Origin: Octopus sinensis
Taxonomy: Eukaryota
Direction of reading: 5' to 3'
DNA length: 64,000 bases
Assembly (NCBI RefSeq): GCF_006345805.1
Contig: NC_043012.1
Location: forward strand, 26,660,001 to 26,724,000
The notes under the pieces were generated by a model. That model saw only the letters and a list, made by a program, of their open reading frames with translations. It had not been told where the DNA came from and searched no databases. Of this stretch, positions 51,526 through 64,000 are shown in pieces (position 1 is the stretch's first letter; each line of letters begins with the position of its first letter). The translations under genes were made by a program, and so were the position numbers.

Positions 51526-51532
51526 GAATACA

Positions 51533-51652
51533 GTCCCACTGCGTGGCACCTTGGGCAAGTGTCTTCTACTATAGCCTTGGGTCGACCAAAGCCTTGTGAG
51601 TGGATTTGGTAGACAGAAACGGAAAAGAAGCCCGTTGTATATATGTATATGT

Positions 51653-51704
<52 letters not shown>

Positions 51705-52092
51705 GTATGTATGTGGTGTGTGTGTGTGTGTGTGCGTCTGTGTTTACGTCCCCGTAACTTAGCAGTTCGGAAAAAGAAACTGATAGAATAAGTACTAGGC
51801 TTACAAAAGACAAGTCCTGTGGTCGATCTGCTCGACTAAAGGCGGTGCTCCAGCAGGCCGCAGTCAAATGACTGAAACAAGTAAAAGAGAGTATATATGT
51901 ATGTATGTGTGTGTGTGTTGTGTGTGTGTGCGTCTGTGTTTACGTCCCCGTAACTTAGCAGTTCGGAAAAAGAAACTGATAGAATAAGTACTAGGCTTAC
52001 AAAAGACAAGTCCTGTGGTCGATCTGCTCGACTAAAGGCGGTGCTCCAGCAGGGCCGCAGTCAAATGACTGAAACAAGTAAAAGAGAGTAAT
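51533..52092 (+). mobile_element. SINE family A with its 3' half tandemly duplicated (offset 196)
   Basis: About 51734-51900 is repeated at about 51930-52097, differing only by single-base indels. Confidence 0.9.
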
Positions 52093-52475
52093 ATATGTAT
52101 GTATGTATGTGTAGTCACAAAACCACGGATACAGTGCTATTGTGAAAATGTCACACTCTGTTAGATGGAGCATTGCGACCAGGGAACGGTGTAACAATAT
52201 TACAGCATGGTCGTGCGGTGATGGGAGTGTATGAAAATGTAGAAACATTGTAGCATAACTATGAAAATGTGATGGATGTACAATTGTGACAGTGTAAATA
52301 GCATGTCAAAGAGGCACTGTGACCTAACTGTTATATATCATGTGAAAGTAATTAGTTATAAGATCGATAATGCATGTAAGACAGCGCTTTTAAATTTACT
52401 TCGTTCTCTCTCACTCTCCCTCTTTCTCTTTCCCTCCCTCCCTCTCTCTCTCTCTCACTCTATATATATATATAC

Positions 52476-52512
<37 letters not shown>

Positions 52513-52559
52513 AAATAACTATTTGTCTATATGTACATTTATTTATATGACTATCTGTT

Positions 52560-52583
52560 TATGTATGTATGTATGTATGTATG

Positions 52584-52630
<47 letters not shown>

Positions 52631-52690
52631 GTAAGTATGTATCTATCTGTCTGTCTATCTGTCTGTCTGTCTGTCTGTCCGTCTATCCGT

Positions 52691-52744
<54 letters not shown>

Positions 52745-52789
52745 GTCTATCTATCTGTCTATCTATTTATCTAGCTAGCTATCTATCTG

Positions 52790-52857
<68 letters not shown>

Positions 52858-52920
52858 CCTATCTACCTATCTATCTATCTAATCTATGTATCTATCTATC
52901 TATATATCTATCTAGCTATG

Positions 52921-52967
<47 letters not shown>

Positions 52968-53000
52968 TTATCTATCTATCTATATATATATATATATACG
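52560..53000. repeat. (TATG)n/(TATC)n/(TGTC)n array
   Basis: Directly visible. Confidence 0.95.
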
Positions 53001-53224
53001 TATCTACATCTATCGTCCTCTTTGCATCTATCATGCAATCTCTCTATCTATATATCTCATTTTCTCGCTTGTTGTTTCTTTCACCTATAATTAAATCAAT
53101 TAGCAAAACATTAATTAATAAGGGAAACGGAGACAATTTTCGGGACACTAGATTGGTTTCCTTTCAGATAGGAATTTTGCGTGAAATTTGTTTAGAGACT
53201 TCAACATCAACATTGCATCATTGC

Positions 53225-53258
53225 TTTCTCCATTGTCATCATCGTCATCATCATCGTC

Positions 53259-53331
<73 letters not shown>

Positions 53332-53620
53332 TATCGGCGTCGTCCTCCTCCTCCTTATCCCTCCTTCTTTCCGCCTCCTTCTCTCTCCTCCTCATCATCG
53401 TCATTATCATCGCCACCATTGTCGCCGTCATTGGTCGCCGTTGCCGTCATAAACATTTTCATCACCGTTGTCATCGCCGTCGTCGATATCGTTATCATCA
53501 TCATCATTGACACTATGGACATTGGCATCAGTAACTACTCCGCACTAACACCACAGTGGAATTACTATCAACAACACCAACAACAACACCACCACAAATC
53601 CCACCGCCGCTCCCGTCGCC
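53225..53620. repeat. Compound (CAT)/(CGT)/(CCT)/(CAA) trinucleotide region
   Basis: Directly visible. Confidence 0.9.
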
Positions 53621-53822
53621 GTCAGCATATTCACAGCTACATCTACAATCCTGATACAGGAGGTAGTGCTGTTGGTAGTTTTTATTGTGTTAAGGATGTA
53701 GTGTCGTGTGAAGGTTAGCGTTGGTGATGTTGTGGCATTAATGTTGATAGTATAGTTAGTAGCATGGTGGCTCTAGTTGTACAAGTATCGATAACGTATG
53801 GTGATGAGGTAGCAGCAGCAAC

Positions 53823-53856
<34 letters not shown>

Positions 53857-54217
53857 ATGTTGTAGTTGGTGTGGTGGGGGCGGCGATGGTTTTACAAGAA
53901 AGTGACAGTTGGATATCACCGAATCATTAGTTTACTGGTACCTTATTTAGAATCATAAAAGAGGTGTGTGTGTGTACATATTATATATATGTATATACGT
54001 ATTGTAATATATTATATGTATATATATCTATATATATATATATAGATATATATATGTAGTGTCCGGTTGATCCGGGGTTAACCACAGTATAGGTACTCAT
54101 ACATAGCAGGTAAAATAATTTATTATATAGAAGGACTTCTACAGTCTGTAGAAGCTCTTCTATATAATAAATAATATATATATATATATTATATATACAC
54201 ATACATACATACTATAC

Positions 54218-54265
<48 letters not shown>

Positions 54266-54307
54266 GAAGAGACAGATAGATAGACAGATAGATAGATAGA
54301 TAGATAT

Positions 54308-54341
<34 letters not shown>

Positions 54342-54979
54342 TATACATGTATAGCCACCTATTATTTGTGTACAGCTCACAAAATCCTCTACATTTTAAA
54401 TAATTGATCCGGCGACGATCCAATAGAAGTTCAATATACTAACATAGGCCTTACCATGTTCCAAGTGAACGTGCTAGACGATCTTTTCCAGTACAAACAC
54501 GACAATAGTGTCTTAATTATTGATAAAGCAATACCAAACGACTATTATTTGATGCTGGAGCAGCGAGTCGAATATGTAAGAGAATTTTACCGAAATTTGC
54601 TTTTGAATAATAAACATGATTCCATGTGAGAAGCTTATGCTTTGTTCCATTTGTAATTGGTCCAGCTGGAATAAATGAGAGGCTGTTGTTTATGTGCAGA
54701 CGTATATCGTCACATTATTTTTCGAAGAGACATAGTTGCATACCTTCAAAAGATATCACGATATAGATGCATTTGTTTCTTCTCTTAGAACAGTAATTGA
54801 ATTTCTTCCTATGTAATATGTGTCTTTCATGTTGTATTTCATTCGGTTTTTATTTAAGATGAAAATCACTTCAAGAGTCTCCCGCCCATATATTTTAAAG
54901 CGGGGAGGATGGACACGAGGTAGATTACAACAGATAGAAAAAGAAGTAGAAATAATCCTTTCTTCTAAATGCACAAAAC

Positions 54980-55130
54980 CTGAAAATTTGGGTGAGGGGT
55001 GGGGCAGTCGATTGGCTCGACCACAGCACGACCCCGAAAAGATGAAAAGTAAAGTTGACTTCGGCGGAATTTGAACTGATAACCTAGGGACTGGTGAAAT
55101 ACCACTAACGATTCTGCCAGCTCACCGCCT
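54980..55130 (-). mobile_element. SINE family B, diverged
   Basis: gaccccgaaaagatgaaaagtaaagttgacttcggcggaatttgaact. Confidence 0.8.
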
Positions 55131-55309
55131 TCAGAAGTAGAAATAATGTCAACAGCCCAAGAGGTAAGGGTTCTGGTTGCAGTTATCGTTCTTTACGCTA
55201 TTCCTCTTGTCACAAATGCCAGAATATTTTAGCACAATCACCCTTGATAACAGTAGAATCCCCACTGATTCCTTGTGTCCAGGTTTTACAATCCTAGCAC
55301 TTATTGCAC

Positions 55310-55515
55310 TAAATACTAGAACTGTAAGAAACAGAATACCCTGAAGTTAAAGAAGTTTTCGCCTCCAGCACAGAGATGGCCAGAAGTTCTTAGCTGCAGC
55401 TACAAGTCATGGTTTTGCAGCTTTGGGAAAAGAAAAGAAACTTGAGGTAATATGCGATATTGGCGAGGGTAAACATCAGTGGTTCTCAGCTGGGGTCCAT
55501 ATGGCACCTTAGTTC
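55310..55515 (+). mobile_element. Possible hAT/Charlie remnant
   Basis: CAGTGGTTCTCA-type terminus at 55477 and a weak HGFAAL motif resembling the dimerisation domain. Confidence 0.3.
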
Positions 55516-55967
55516 TTCAGTCATTGGTACTTGTTTTGTTTTCACAGCCAAGAATTTATTATTTTAATTTCATAATCTTTCTACATTGACGGACCAGTAA
55601 GAATGGAAGAATACGAACATACACATATGCATGCAATCAGGATATAGAATACAAAAATGTTGGTACCACAGTGTATATTTGAAAAAAGTGTAGCAGAATG
55701 ACGTTTCTTATAATATGTTTTCTCCTTTAATGATTACATGTGAATAAATCTATGATTTGTAAACAGCTAATTAAAGTGGAAATCATCAGAGTCGTTATTA
55801 ATCAATTTCTAAAAATTCAGTGTGAATACGTATATACATATACGTTCATACATACACACATACATACATACATACACACACACATACATACGTACATACA
55901 TACATACATACATACATACATACATACATACATACATACATACATACATACATACATACATACTAAG

Positions 55968-56000
<33 letters not shown>

Positions 56001-56016
56001 ATTATACTTAATTATA

Positions 56017-56154
56017 CTAAAAGATACTATCATGCTAGATATAGCAGTGAAAACTTGACTGTGAAACCACATCAAATACTCATACAGCACCTGGTGTTGT
56101 ATGAATATTTGATGTGGTTTTGACTGCTATATCTAGCATGATGGTATCTTTTAG
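56017..56154. repeat. Fold-back inverted repeat, 1-nt loop, ~13 extra nt in the left arm
   Basis: ctaaaagatactatcatgctagatatagcagt...catacagcacc t ggtgttgtatg...actgctatatctagcatgatggtatcttttag. Confidence 0.92.
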
Positions 56155-56259
56155 ATACCCTTAATTATAATTATAATAATAATTATGAGGTTTATATTCC
56201 CATGCTAGCCACTTGATATGATCGGTATTTAAACAATGATGTTATCCTTATATATATAA

Positions 56260-56295
<36 letters not shown>

Positions 56296-56883
56296 TTGCT
56301 TCACACACATACCGAAATTTAGAAATAGCAGTTAAAACTACAATTTTTTTACTACCATAAGAAAATCTCCCAGACAGCAATGCTCAACAACTCACGTAGA
56401 TAAAGAGAAAAAAAAGATAATCCACCCGGCTTTGATTAACTGTGTACGCGTTTCGGAGTTAGAGAGATGTGAAAATGTAAAATCATAATTCTACTCTCCC
56501 ATTGTCCCCCTCAGTACAATTATTGAAGACTTTCATTTGAGAGCCCTGAAAAACAATTAAACATACTTATCTGACCAGTCGACATCAGACAATGTATGTC
56601 CAACGACCAGTACTTCCGAATTCTAATATTTTTTAATTATTAATTAATTAATTAATTTTACCCTTTATTATTATTGACAATATAATTCTCACCCTGATAG
56701 TAATCGGCAGTATTCTGTAGAATTTTACTCGCTGGCACACGTGGGTAAATGAAGAGGAATACGATATCTCATTCGTCTGCTTGAATTCAGAAGTACTGTT
56801 CGCTGGACATAGATTGTTTGATGTCGCCTGGTCAGATAAGTATGCTTAAGTTTTTTTTCAGTGCTCTCAAATTAAAAAATCTT

Positions 56884-57046
56884 AGGCGTAGGAGTGGCTG
56901 TGTGGTAAGTAGCTTGTCTACCAACCACATGGTTCCGGGTTCAGTCCCACTGCATGGCACCTTGGGCAAGTGTCTTCTGCTATAGCCTCGGGCCGACCAA
57001 AGCCTTGTGAGTGGATTTGGTAGACGGAAACTGAAAGAAGCCTGTC

Positions 57047-57050
<4 letters not shown>
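56884..57050 (+). mobile_element. SINE family A head with intact Pol III boxes
   Basis: A-box TGGCTGTGTGG near 56895 and B-box GGTTCAGTCCC at 56938-56948. Confidence 0.9.
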
Positions 57051-57087
<37 letters not shown>

Positions 57088-57401
57088 GTTGTATCTTAGG
57101 ATGGTAATTTTTTGGCCAAATAAACAATCGCATTTCGTATTTCTACTTCTCTCGATTATTATTATTATTATCTAATGTCATCCATTGTCTGGCAATCTTT
57201 CGTCACACATCTATGACCTTTTCAACGACACTTCCATCCACATGTTTTCTCCTAAGAACGAATATATGCCGCGTGTGTTTATGTGGCCAAAAAAGAAGAC
57301 CAAAATAAATAAATAAATAAATGGACACCTCGGAACGTAACAATATCTGTTTCAACACACGATCCCACATCTGGAATCTTGCAAATCTAATTCATGAACG
57401 T

Positions 57402-57432
<31 letters not shown>

Positions 57433-57460
57433 CGCGCAGCACACACACACATACGCACAC

Positions 57461-57526
<66 letters not shown>

Positions 57527-57807
57527 ATATATATACACATGTATATATGTATATGTATATATATACATATATAATGTATATGTATATATATAATATGTAT
57601 GTATATGTATATTTATATACATACATATATGTATATATATATATAGATATATATAAATTTTCATATATATATATATATATCATATATACATATATATGTA
57701 TATATATACTTCTGTATTTATATATATAATATATATAATATATTTGTATATATAAATATATTTACATGCATATATATATATATTTATATATATAATTTCA
57801 TATACAA

Positions 57808-57870
<63 letters not shown>

Positions 57871-58156
57871 AATATATATATATGTGTGTGTTTATATATA
57901 CATACACAAAAAAACACACATAGCCTCTGAAGGATATGAAAAGACACGACTTTCGACTATTCTCGCGACAATCCAAGAAAACTGCTCGAGACACATGTGA
58001 ATCGCCTAGCAACCTCACACTTAAGCAACAGTCTTACTAGAGTAAAAAAAAAATGTTAAATCTACTGCTTTTATTCTTTCAAATAACACAAAGAATATCA
58101 AGCAAAACCTATAATCACACTTAACAACATAGACACTACACACACGCACACACACA

Positions 58157-58204
<48 letters not shown>

Positions 58205-59279
58205 AAGAACCACTTCAACATCGTCCATTACAGTCAGAGAATCCGTAGAAGATAGGAAACGAATTAGAGGAAGCGTACTCACAAGTACGACATTTGACCA
58301 ACAAGAAGAGAAAAATACATGATGAACGATCAACGTATCTGATGTGTTGTAAATCATGCAATCATTCTTCCTATGAACGTTTATAAACTTCAAAAGTACA
58401 CAGTACACCACATTTATACGTGTCATTGTAGTTTTTTTACAGAAAACATCCATCAGCTATACAACGAAGCAAAAATGATTGAAATAAAAGATATTGGTAT
58501 ATGCGAAAATTCAGTTGGTTGCCGCTGCAAGTTTTAAGAATTACAGTGGCCAAGTGTTACAGAAAAGAATAATCTCTCTACATACTGAAATTTATACAAC
58601 ACATTAGAACATTCCACAATGTGCTTGGAGTAAACTACTTGAAATAAAACACATTTGGACATGCTAAAGACGTAGTTTGTGGCCGTAATAAATTCAAGCA
58701 ACTACAGTCCCTAGCATTGTCATAAAAATATCTTCCTATGCACCGAAATCTTTATAACACTTTAGAACGTTACAAAAGCATCCTAAAAGGCTAGGCCTTC
58801 TTCGCGATTCAGTCAAACACAAAAGATGGTAGAAGCAAAATTTGTTGCAGTACTAAAAGCCTTGATATCTCCAAACACTGCGACGAAATATAAGTTCCAT
58901 ATATGTGTGCAAAACAACAGCAACAGCTGTACTCTGACAGGGTTTACCTTGATTCCATCTATTGTGGATATAGATAAATATAATTTTGGATGTAAACATG
59001 TTATGAATGATTACTGAATCACACACAATTCATAGCTAAAGGTCGAACTGTGTGACGTTTTTCTCAGCAAAGTAGAGCAGAATCATGGTGGTGGTTATGG
59101 TGGTGGTGGTGGTGGTGGTGTTTGATCTCCGCCGTTTCAGGGTGTGGCTTCAAATATTCAAGCAACTGAATTACCTGCTCCACTATGAACGATTAAGTAA
59201 CTGAACATTCCACAAGCGTGTCTCTCCTTGAGAGAATACTTAGTCAGTATCAGCGTGACAGAACAAGTGAAACAAGGCC

Positions 59280-59660
59280 TTGCTGTTTGGATTATTGATA
59301 CATATTTCTTTATTACCCACAAGGGGCTAAACACAGAGGGACAAACAAGGACAGACATAGGTATTAAGTCGATTACATCGACCCCAGTGCGTAACTGGTA
59401 CTTAATTTATCGACCCCGAAAGGATGAAAGGCAAAGTCGACGTCGGATACAATCACCTCAATGGGGTTTATTTACAGCTTCCTAATTTCTTTATTCCCCA
59501 CGAAGGGCTTAACGTAGAGGGGGCAGACAAAGGGGTTAAGTCAATTACATCGGCACCAGTGCGTAACAGGTACCTAATTTATCGACCCCGAAAGGATGAA
59601 AGGCAAAGTCGGCTTCAGCGGAATTTGAACTCAGAACGTAACTGTAGACGAAATACCGCA
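59280..59660 (-). mobile_element. Two nested or tandem SINE family B copies
   Basis: atcgaccccgaaaggatgaaaggcaaagtcg occurs twice. Confidence 0.88.
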
Positions 59661-60139
59661 GGATAAAAAAACGAAACCGTCAAAGGGCGGAGGAACTCTT
59701 GAGAGTCAACGGCCATCCAATAAATGTCTTAAGGCTGTATTATGCGCGGAGATATAGAAATAATCGGACTGAATACCCGATCGCGCGGTTAAACCATTGG
59801 GAATGAAGGACTCCTAGACTTTGTTAGGGCATCCTTCTAGGAGAAGGTAACTCAGGTAACTGGGATAACTCCGACATAAAACCTGCGGCTCAGTGGTTAC
59901 CGATGGTGTTGACTTGTTCTTCTTTTCGGATTATGGCTGCTGTTGCTTAGTGAGTGGGATTGACTCAGTGCACAGCCTTTCCTCACTTGCACAATCTTCT
60001 TGCACAGGCATTGCACGAAAACAACATTGATTAAGCTTCTCGCAATGGTCATACTCGATAACGACGGGGCAGCCACCATATATATATATAATATATTTAT
60101 ATGTATGTATGTGTGTATGTATATATGTATATATATGTA

Positions 60140-60350
60140 TGTATTTTTGTGTCTGTGTTTGTCCTCCCACCATTGCTTGACACCAATGTTTGTGTGTTTA
60201 TATCCCCGTAAATTAGCGGTTCGGCAAAAGATGCCGATAGAATAAATATTAGGTTTACAAAGAATATGTCCTGGGGTCGATCTGTTGGATTAAGGCGATG
60301 CTCCAGCATGGCCATAGTCAAGTGACTGGAACAAGTAAAAGAAAAAAGAA
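60140..60350 (+). mobile_element. SINE family A, 3' half
   Basis: gtcctggggtcgat...ggcgatgctccagcatggcc...gactggaacaagtaaaag. Confidence 0.85.
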
Positions 60351-60379
60351 TTTACACTTTCATTATATATTTATTTAAG

Positions 60380-60560
60380 GAGGCAAGCGCCAGAATCTCT
60401 GACATGCCGGAGGAAAGTTTTAGCGGCCGTTCGTCCGGCTTTAAGTTGTGAGTTCAAATTCCTCCTAGGTCAACTTGGCCTTTCAGCCTTTCAAGATCGA
60501 GAAAATAGATACCAGTTGAATTCTGGGGTCAATATAACCGACTTACCGTCTAGCCAGAAA
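60380..60560 (+). mobile_element. SINE family B, diverged
   Basis: gagttcaaattcc..aggtcaact..gcctttca.cctt. Confidence 0.7.
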
Positions 60561-60641
60561 ATACTGGTTTTCAGTCAACCATTTGGAATCATTAACTGTG
60601 TTTGCGTGCGTATGTATGCAAGCATGTTTGTGCATACATAA

Positions 60642-60672
<31 letters not shown>

Positions 60673-61271
60673 TGTATGTGTGTATTATGTATGTATGTAT
60701 GCGTGTATGTATGTGTGTTTGCGTGCGTATGCATGAAAGCATGTTTGTGCGTATATAAATATTATATATGTGTGTATGTATGTATGTATGTATGTATGTA
60801 TGTATGTATGTATGTGTGTGCGCGTAGGCTGTGATTCGAAACAGGTTTGATGGTTACTTCTAGCACGTCGAGCAACCAGATAAGGACTTGAGAGAATAAA
60901 TGAAAGCGAAATACTGAAATATTGTGGTCTTATACTCCTTTTTATCAGCCATTATATTCTCGGTTATAAAAAAAACCCCACAAAAGGTGAAAAAGAAAAA
61001 AACAAATAAACATAAATCATTCTTCGCAAATTTGTTTACAACAACAACTACTACTACTACTACTACTACTCATTTTTTTATCGTCGTCGTCGTCGTCGTT
61101 GTAGCCGAAGATTTCAAAGGACAGCAAAGGCTTCATCTTATTTGTAGATTTTTTTCTAATGTAGTTATTTGTTTCTTGGTTATTTCCCCCTATATTTCTC
61201 GTTTCTCTTTACAGATTCTGTCTGTCTGCCTACCTGTTTGCCTGTTTATCTGTCAATGTGATTCCCTCTCT

Positions 61272-61312
<41 letters not shown>

Positions 61313-61499
61313 CTTGCTCTCTCGTACACATACTCAGTGAAACGAAACATATGCGTATTTTCCTATACTTGAAACGCAATAAAGAAGCAGGATGCGTATA
61401 TGAAACGGTTAACATATTATGACTGATTAAATTTAAGGAGAGGGTGTTTGGGCCCAGCAAAGAGATCAGGATACCCCTGTTACAAAATTCATGGCGGAT

Positions 61500-62055
61500 A
61501 GGTTTATCAGTGTCCTTCAACTTTTGAACCAATTGCAGCTTGTATTGCGAACTGCAGCCGTTTCTTAAGACGTACCATATAGTTGTTGATAGTGGCTTAA
61601 GGTCTTGACTGGCTATTCTGAATGATTTCTGGCGATGGTACAGGAAGGCTCACTGAACTTGTTCAACCATATCATCTGAAGATATGGGCGTCCTGTTCTA
61701 TTTGCCGGGCGCAAACGCCTCTCCTTCTTAAATTTTGCACACCTAATCCAAATGGAACGTCTGTCTGGTACCTGTTTGGTAAACGTTATACGAAATTTTC
61801 GTTCAACATGTGACCATGATTCACTTTTAGCGTATTCTAGGACGCAAAATGAGTTCTCTTGTTTTGTAAATGACATTACTGGATTTCAAAAGAAACAAAA
61901 ATCAAAATTAAATTTAATTAATTCAATTAAAATTAAATTAACAGAAGGAAACTTGAAACTGTTAGCTTTTAAATGGTACCAGTTCAATCATGCTACCAGT
62001 CATGTTATAAGAGTTCTTAGAAAGTGACATAGACTTCTGAACATCCTATATGTAT
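61500..62055 (-). mobile_element. Tc1/mariner left end with transposase N-terminal HTH
   Basis: MSFTKQENSFCVLEYAKSES...VERKFRITF...PDRRSI...KF...RTGRP. TIR-like tataggatgttcagaag near 62035-62055. Confidence 0.7.
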
Positions 62056-62056
62056 C

Positions 62057-62164
<108 letters not shown>

Positions 62165-62593
62165 CACTATCGTATTCGGTTTTTCAAGATTCATAATGTT
62201 ATCGTGCATAAAGAGATATAATATTTGAAACGGTCATTGGGCCAATATGACCACACGCATTGATTCAATTAGCTTCCACTGTAGAGGAAATGTACACACA
62301 CAACACACACATACATACACACACAATACACACGCTCACACCTATACTCACATATATGTATGCTTGTATGCATGCGTTTATGTCTGTATATATTCGTGAA
62401 TGTGTGTATATGTGTATGTTTGCATGTAAGTGTATCTATCTGTATATATATATACATATATATATATATAATATATATATATATTATATATATATTATAA
62501 TATATTATACATATATATATATATATAATATACATCTATCTATTCTATTTATCTATCTATCTATCCATTTTTCTATCCATCTCTGTCTCTCTG

Positions 62594-62641
<48 letters not shown>

Positions 62642-62696
62642 ATATATATATGTATATGTATATACATACACACATACACACACCACACACACACAC

Positions 62697-62744
<48 letters not shown>

Positions 62745-63203
62745 ATATATATTATATATATGTATACACGCATGTATGTATGTGTGTTTCCCCGTGGAAA
62801 ATACAGAGAGATAAGCAGTGCTCAGTCATCCAGTGTCCAGTTTCCTTCGGTCGGTCGACCATACTTGCCAGCTGAATTGAAAGAAATGCGACATCTGATT
62901 CCCTTGTTGCTCAAATTTAAAAAAAAAGAAGAAAAACGTATAGAACGTTCTACAAACCGCCACTATTTAGTTACATAGAGCTGTGTAAAGTTTTTCAATC
63001 ACAACACGAACACAAACGTTACACGCACGCGCGTGCGTACTCACACATACACATACAATGAGAACGAGGCAGAGAGAGCAACCATAAGATTTCCCCACAA
63101 ATTTAAAGAGGGCATTTGTTAACGCAAGGTTTTAGCAGAGTCTTCTTTACCAAAATATAAAATAGGCAACGATTTCAACGTATGGATTTCCAGCATAATA
63201 TAC

Positions 63204-63274
<71 letters not shown>

Positions 63275-63499
63275 CATACATACATACATACATACATACA
63301 TACATACATACATACATACATACATACATACATACATACATACATGTGTGTGTAAATATGTGTTTGTACACAAACAGTTATGCGCAATATAAGACCATAA
63401 AAGGAAAATTTAATATTCAATAATTTTGACTTAAGATGCTGAATAACACCTATATTGCCAGAAATAAGAGTTAAAACCCATAATGCTGTACGAAGCGCA

Positions 63500-63553
<54 letters not shown>

Positions 63554-63569
63554 TAATATATATATATAT

Positions 63570-63781
63570 AATCAAAATAAGCAACAAGGATATGCAGAGC
63601 AATCCTCAGACCAACATTAATGTATCTATCTGTTTTAATTTAATTAAATTCTATGTCTTTGCGTAGCTGAGGATTGCCCTGCATTCAAATTGATGTAATG
63701 GTTGCATTGTTCAATTAAATGGAGTTGCGTGAAACGATCGTACTGCATTACCTCTGGATATCCTTGTTGCTTATTTTGATT
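63570..63781. repeat. Asymmetric fold-back containing a hammerhead motif in the longer arm
   Basis: 63570-63593 is perfectly inverted at 63758-63781, and 63594-63609 is inverted at 63667-63682. About 75 nt are present only in the right arm. Confidence 0.9.
63663..63746 (+). ncRNA. Hammerhead ribozyme-like motif with intact core boxes and weak stem II
   Basis: GTAG CTGAGGA [57 nt irregular hairpin] GAAA CGATCG T A CTGC. Confidence 0.5.
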
Positions 63782-63880
63782 CTAATTACCTTACTTTGAA
63801 ATTGTATGGTACTAAATTCTGGTGCCTCAACTTAAGTATCATATTCATCTGAATCTAAATTTTTGCTGAGCTCATTTATA

Positions 63881-63924
<44 letters not shown>

Positions 63925-63938
63925 TATATATAATATAT

Positions 63939-63981
<43 letters not shown>

Positions 63982-64000
63982 CATCGCTCGGACTTTTTTA

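Noticed and set aside
54420-54980. Possible GIY-YIG remnant (DTYYIGR) on the minus strand
   Set aside because: A single short motif, with no supporting flanking motifs.
56884-56960. tRNA genes (also 19021-19102, 25950-26028, 29428-29500)
   Set aside because: A and B boxes are present but no cloverleaf with an acceptor stem, and all continue into SINE bodies or tails.
58230-59040. Non-repetitive stretch possibly coding or transposase-derived (also 26150-26590)
   Set aside because: All frames are interrupted and I recognise no motif, so it is left unassigned.

Overview
AT-rich, microsatellite-saturated animal non-coding DNA. The repeat style suggests a cephalopod, probably octopus (inference from recognised SINE families). 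No host gene exon, rRNA, true tRNA or CRISPR array can be supported. Nearly all ORFs in the track are either translations of (TA)n, (CA)n, (TATC)n, (CATA)n or trinucleotide runs, or fragments of decayed transposons. Recognisable elements: four Penelope-like element (PLE) remnants with GIY-YIG and/or RT motifs; a 5'-truncated L1/Tx1-type LINE embedded in (TATC)n; an R4/Dong-type RT fragment abutting (TAA)n; a CR1-type 3' end embedded in (CATA)n; an internally deleted Ty3/Gypsy element; several Tc1/mariner pieces; tentative piggyBac, hAT and Helentron-like pieces; and many tRNA-derived SINE copies in 3-4 families. Highlights: (1) a near-intact type-I hammerhead ribozyme motif in a PLE tail (2994-3083, minus) plus at least six decayed relatives; (2) a ~0.55 kb non-coding element in three copies with a fixed 3' end, variable 5' ends, always fused to (AAT)n and with an internal terminal-like direct repeat; (3) four near-zero-loop fold-backs next to (TA)n; (4) a PLE tail array of CRE-like/CCAAT pairs at fixed 12-nt spacing; (5) an unexplained ~39-bp self-complementary minisatellite. 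All coordinates and counts were read by eye and are approximate.
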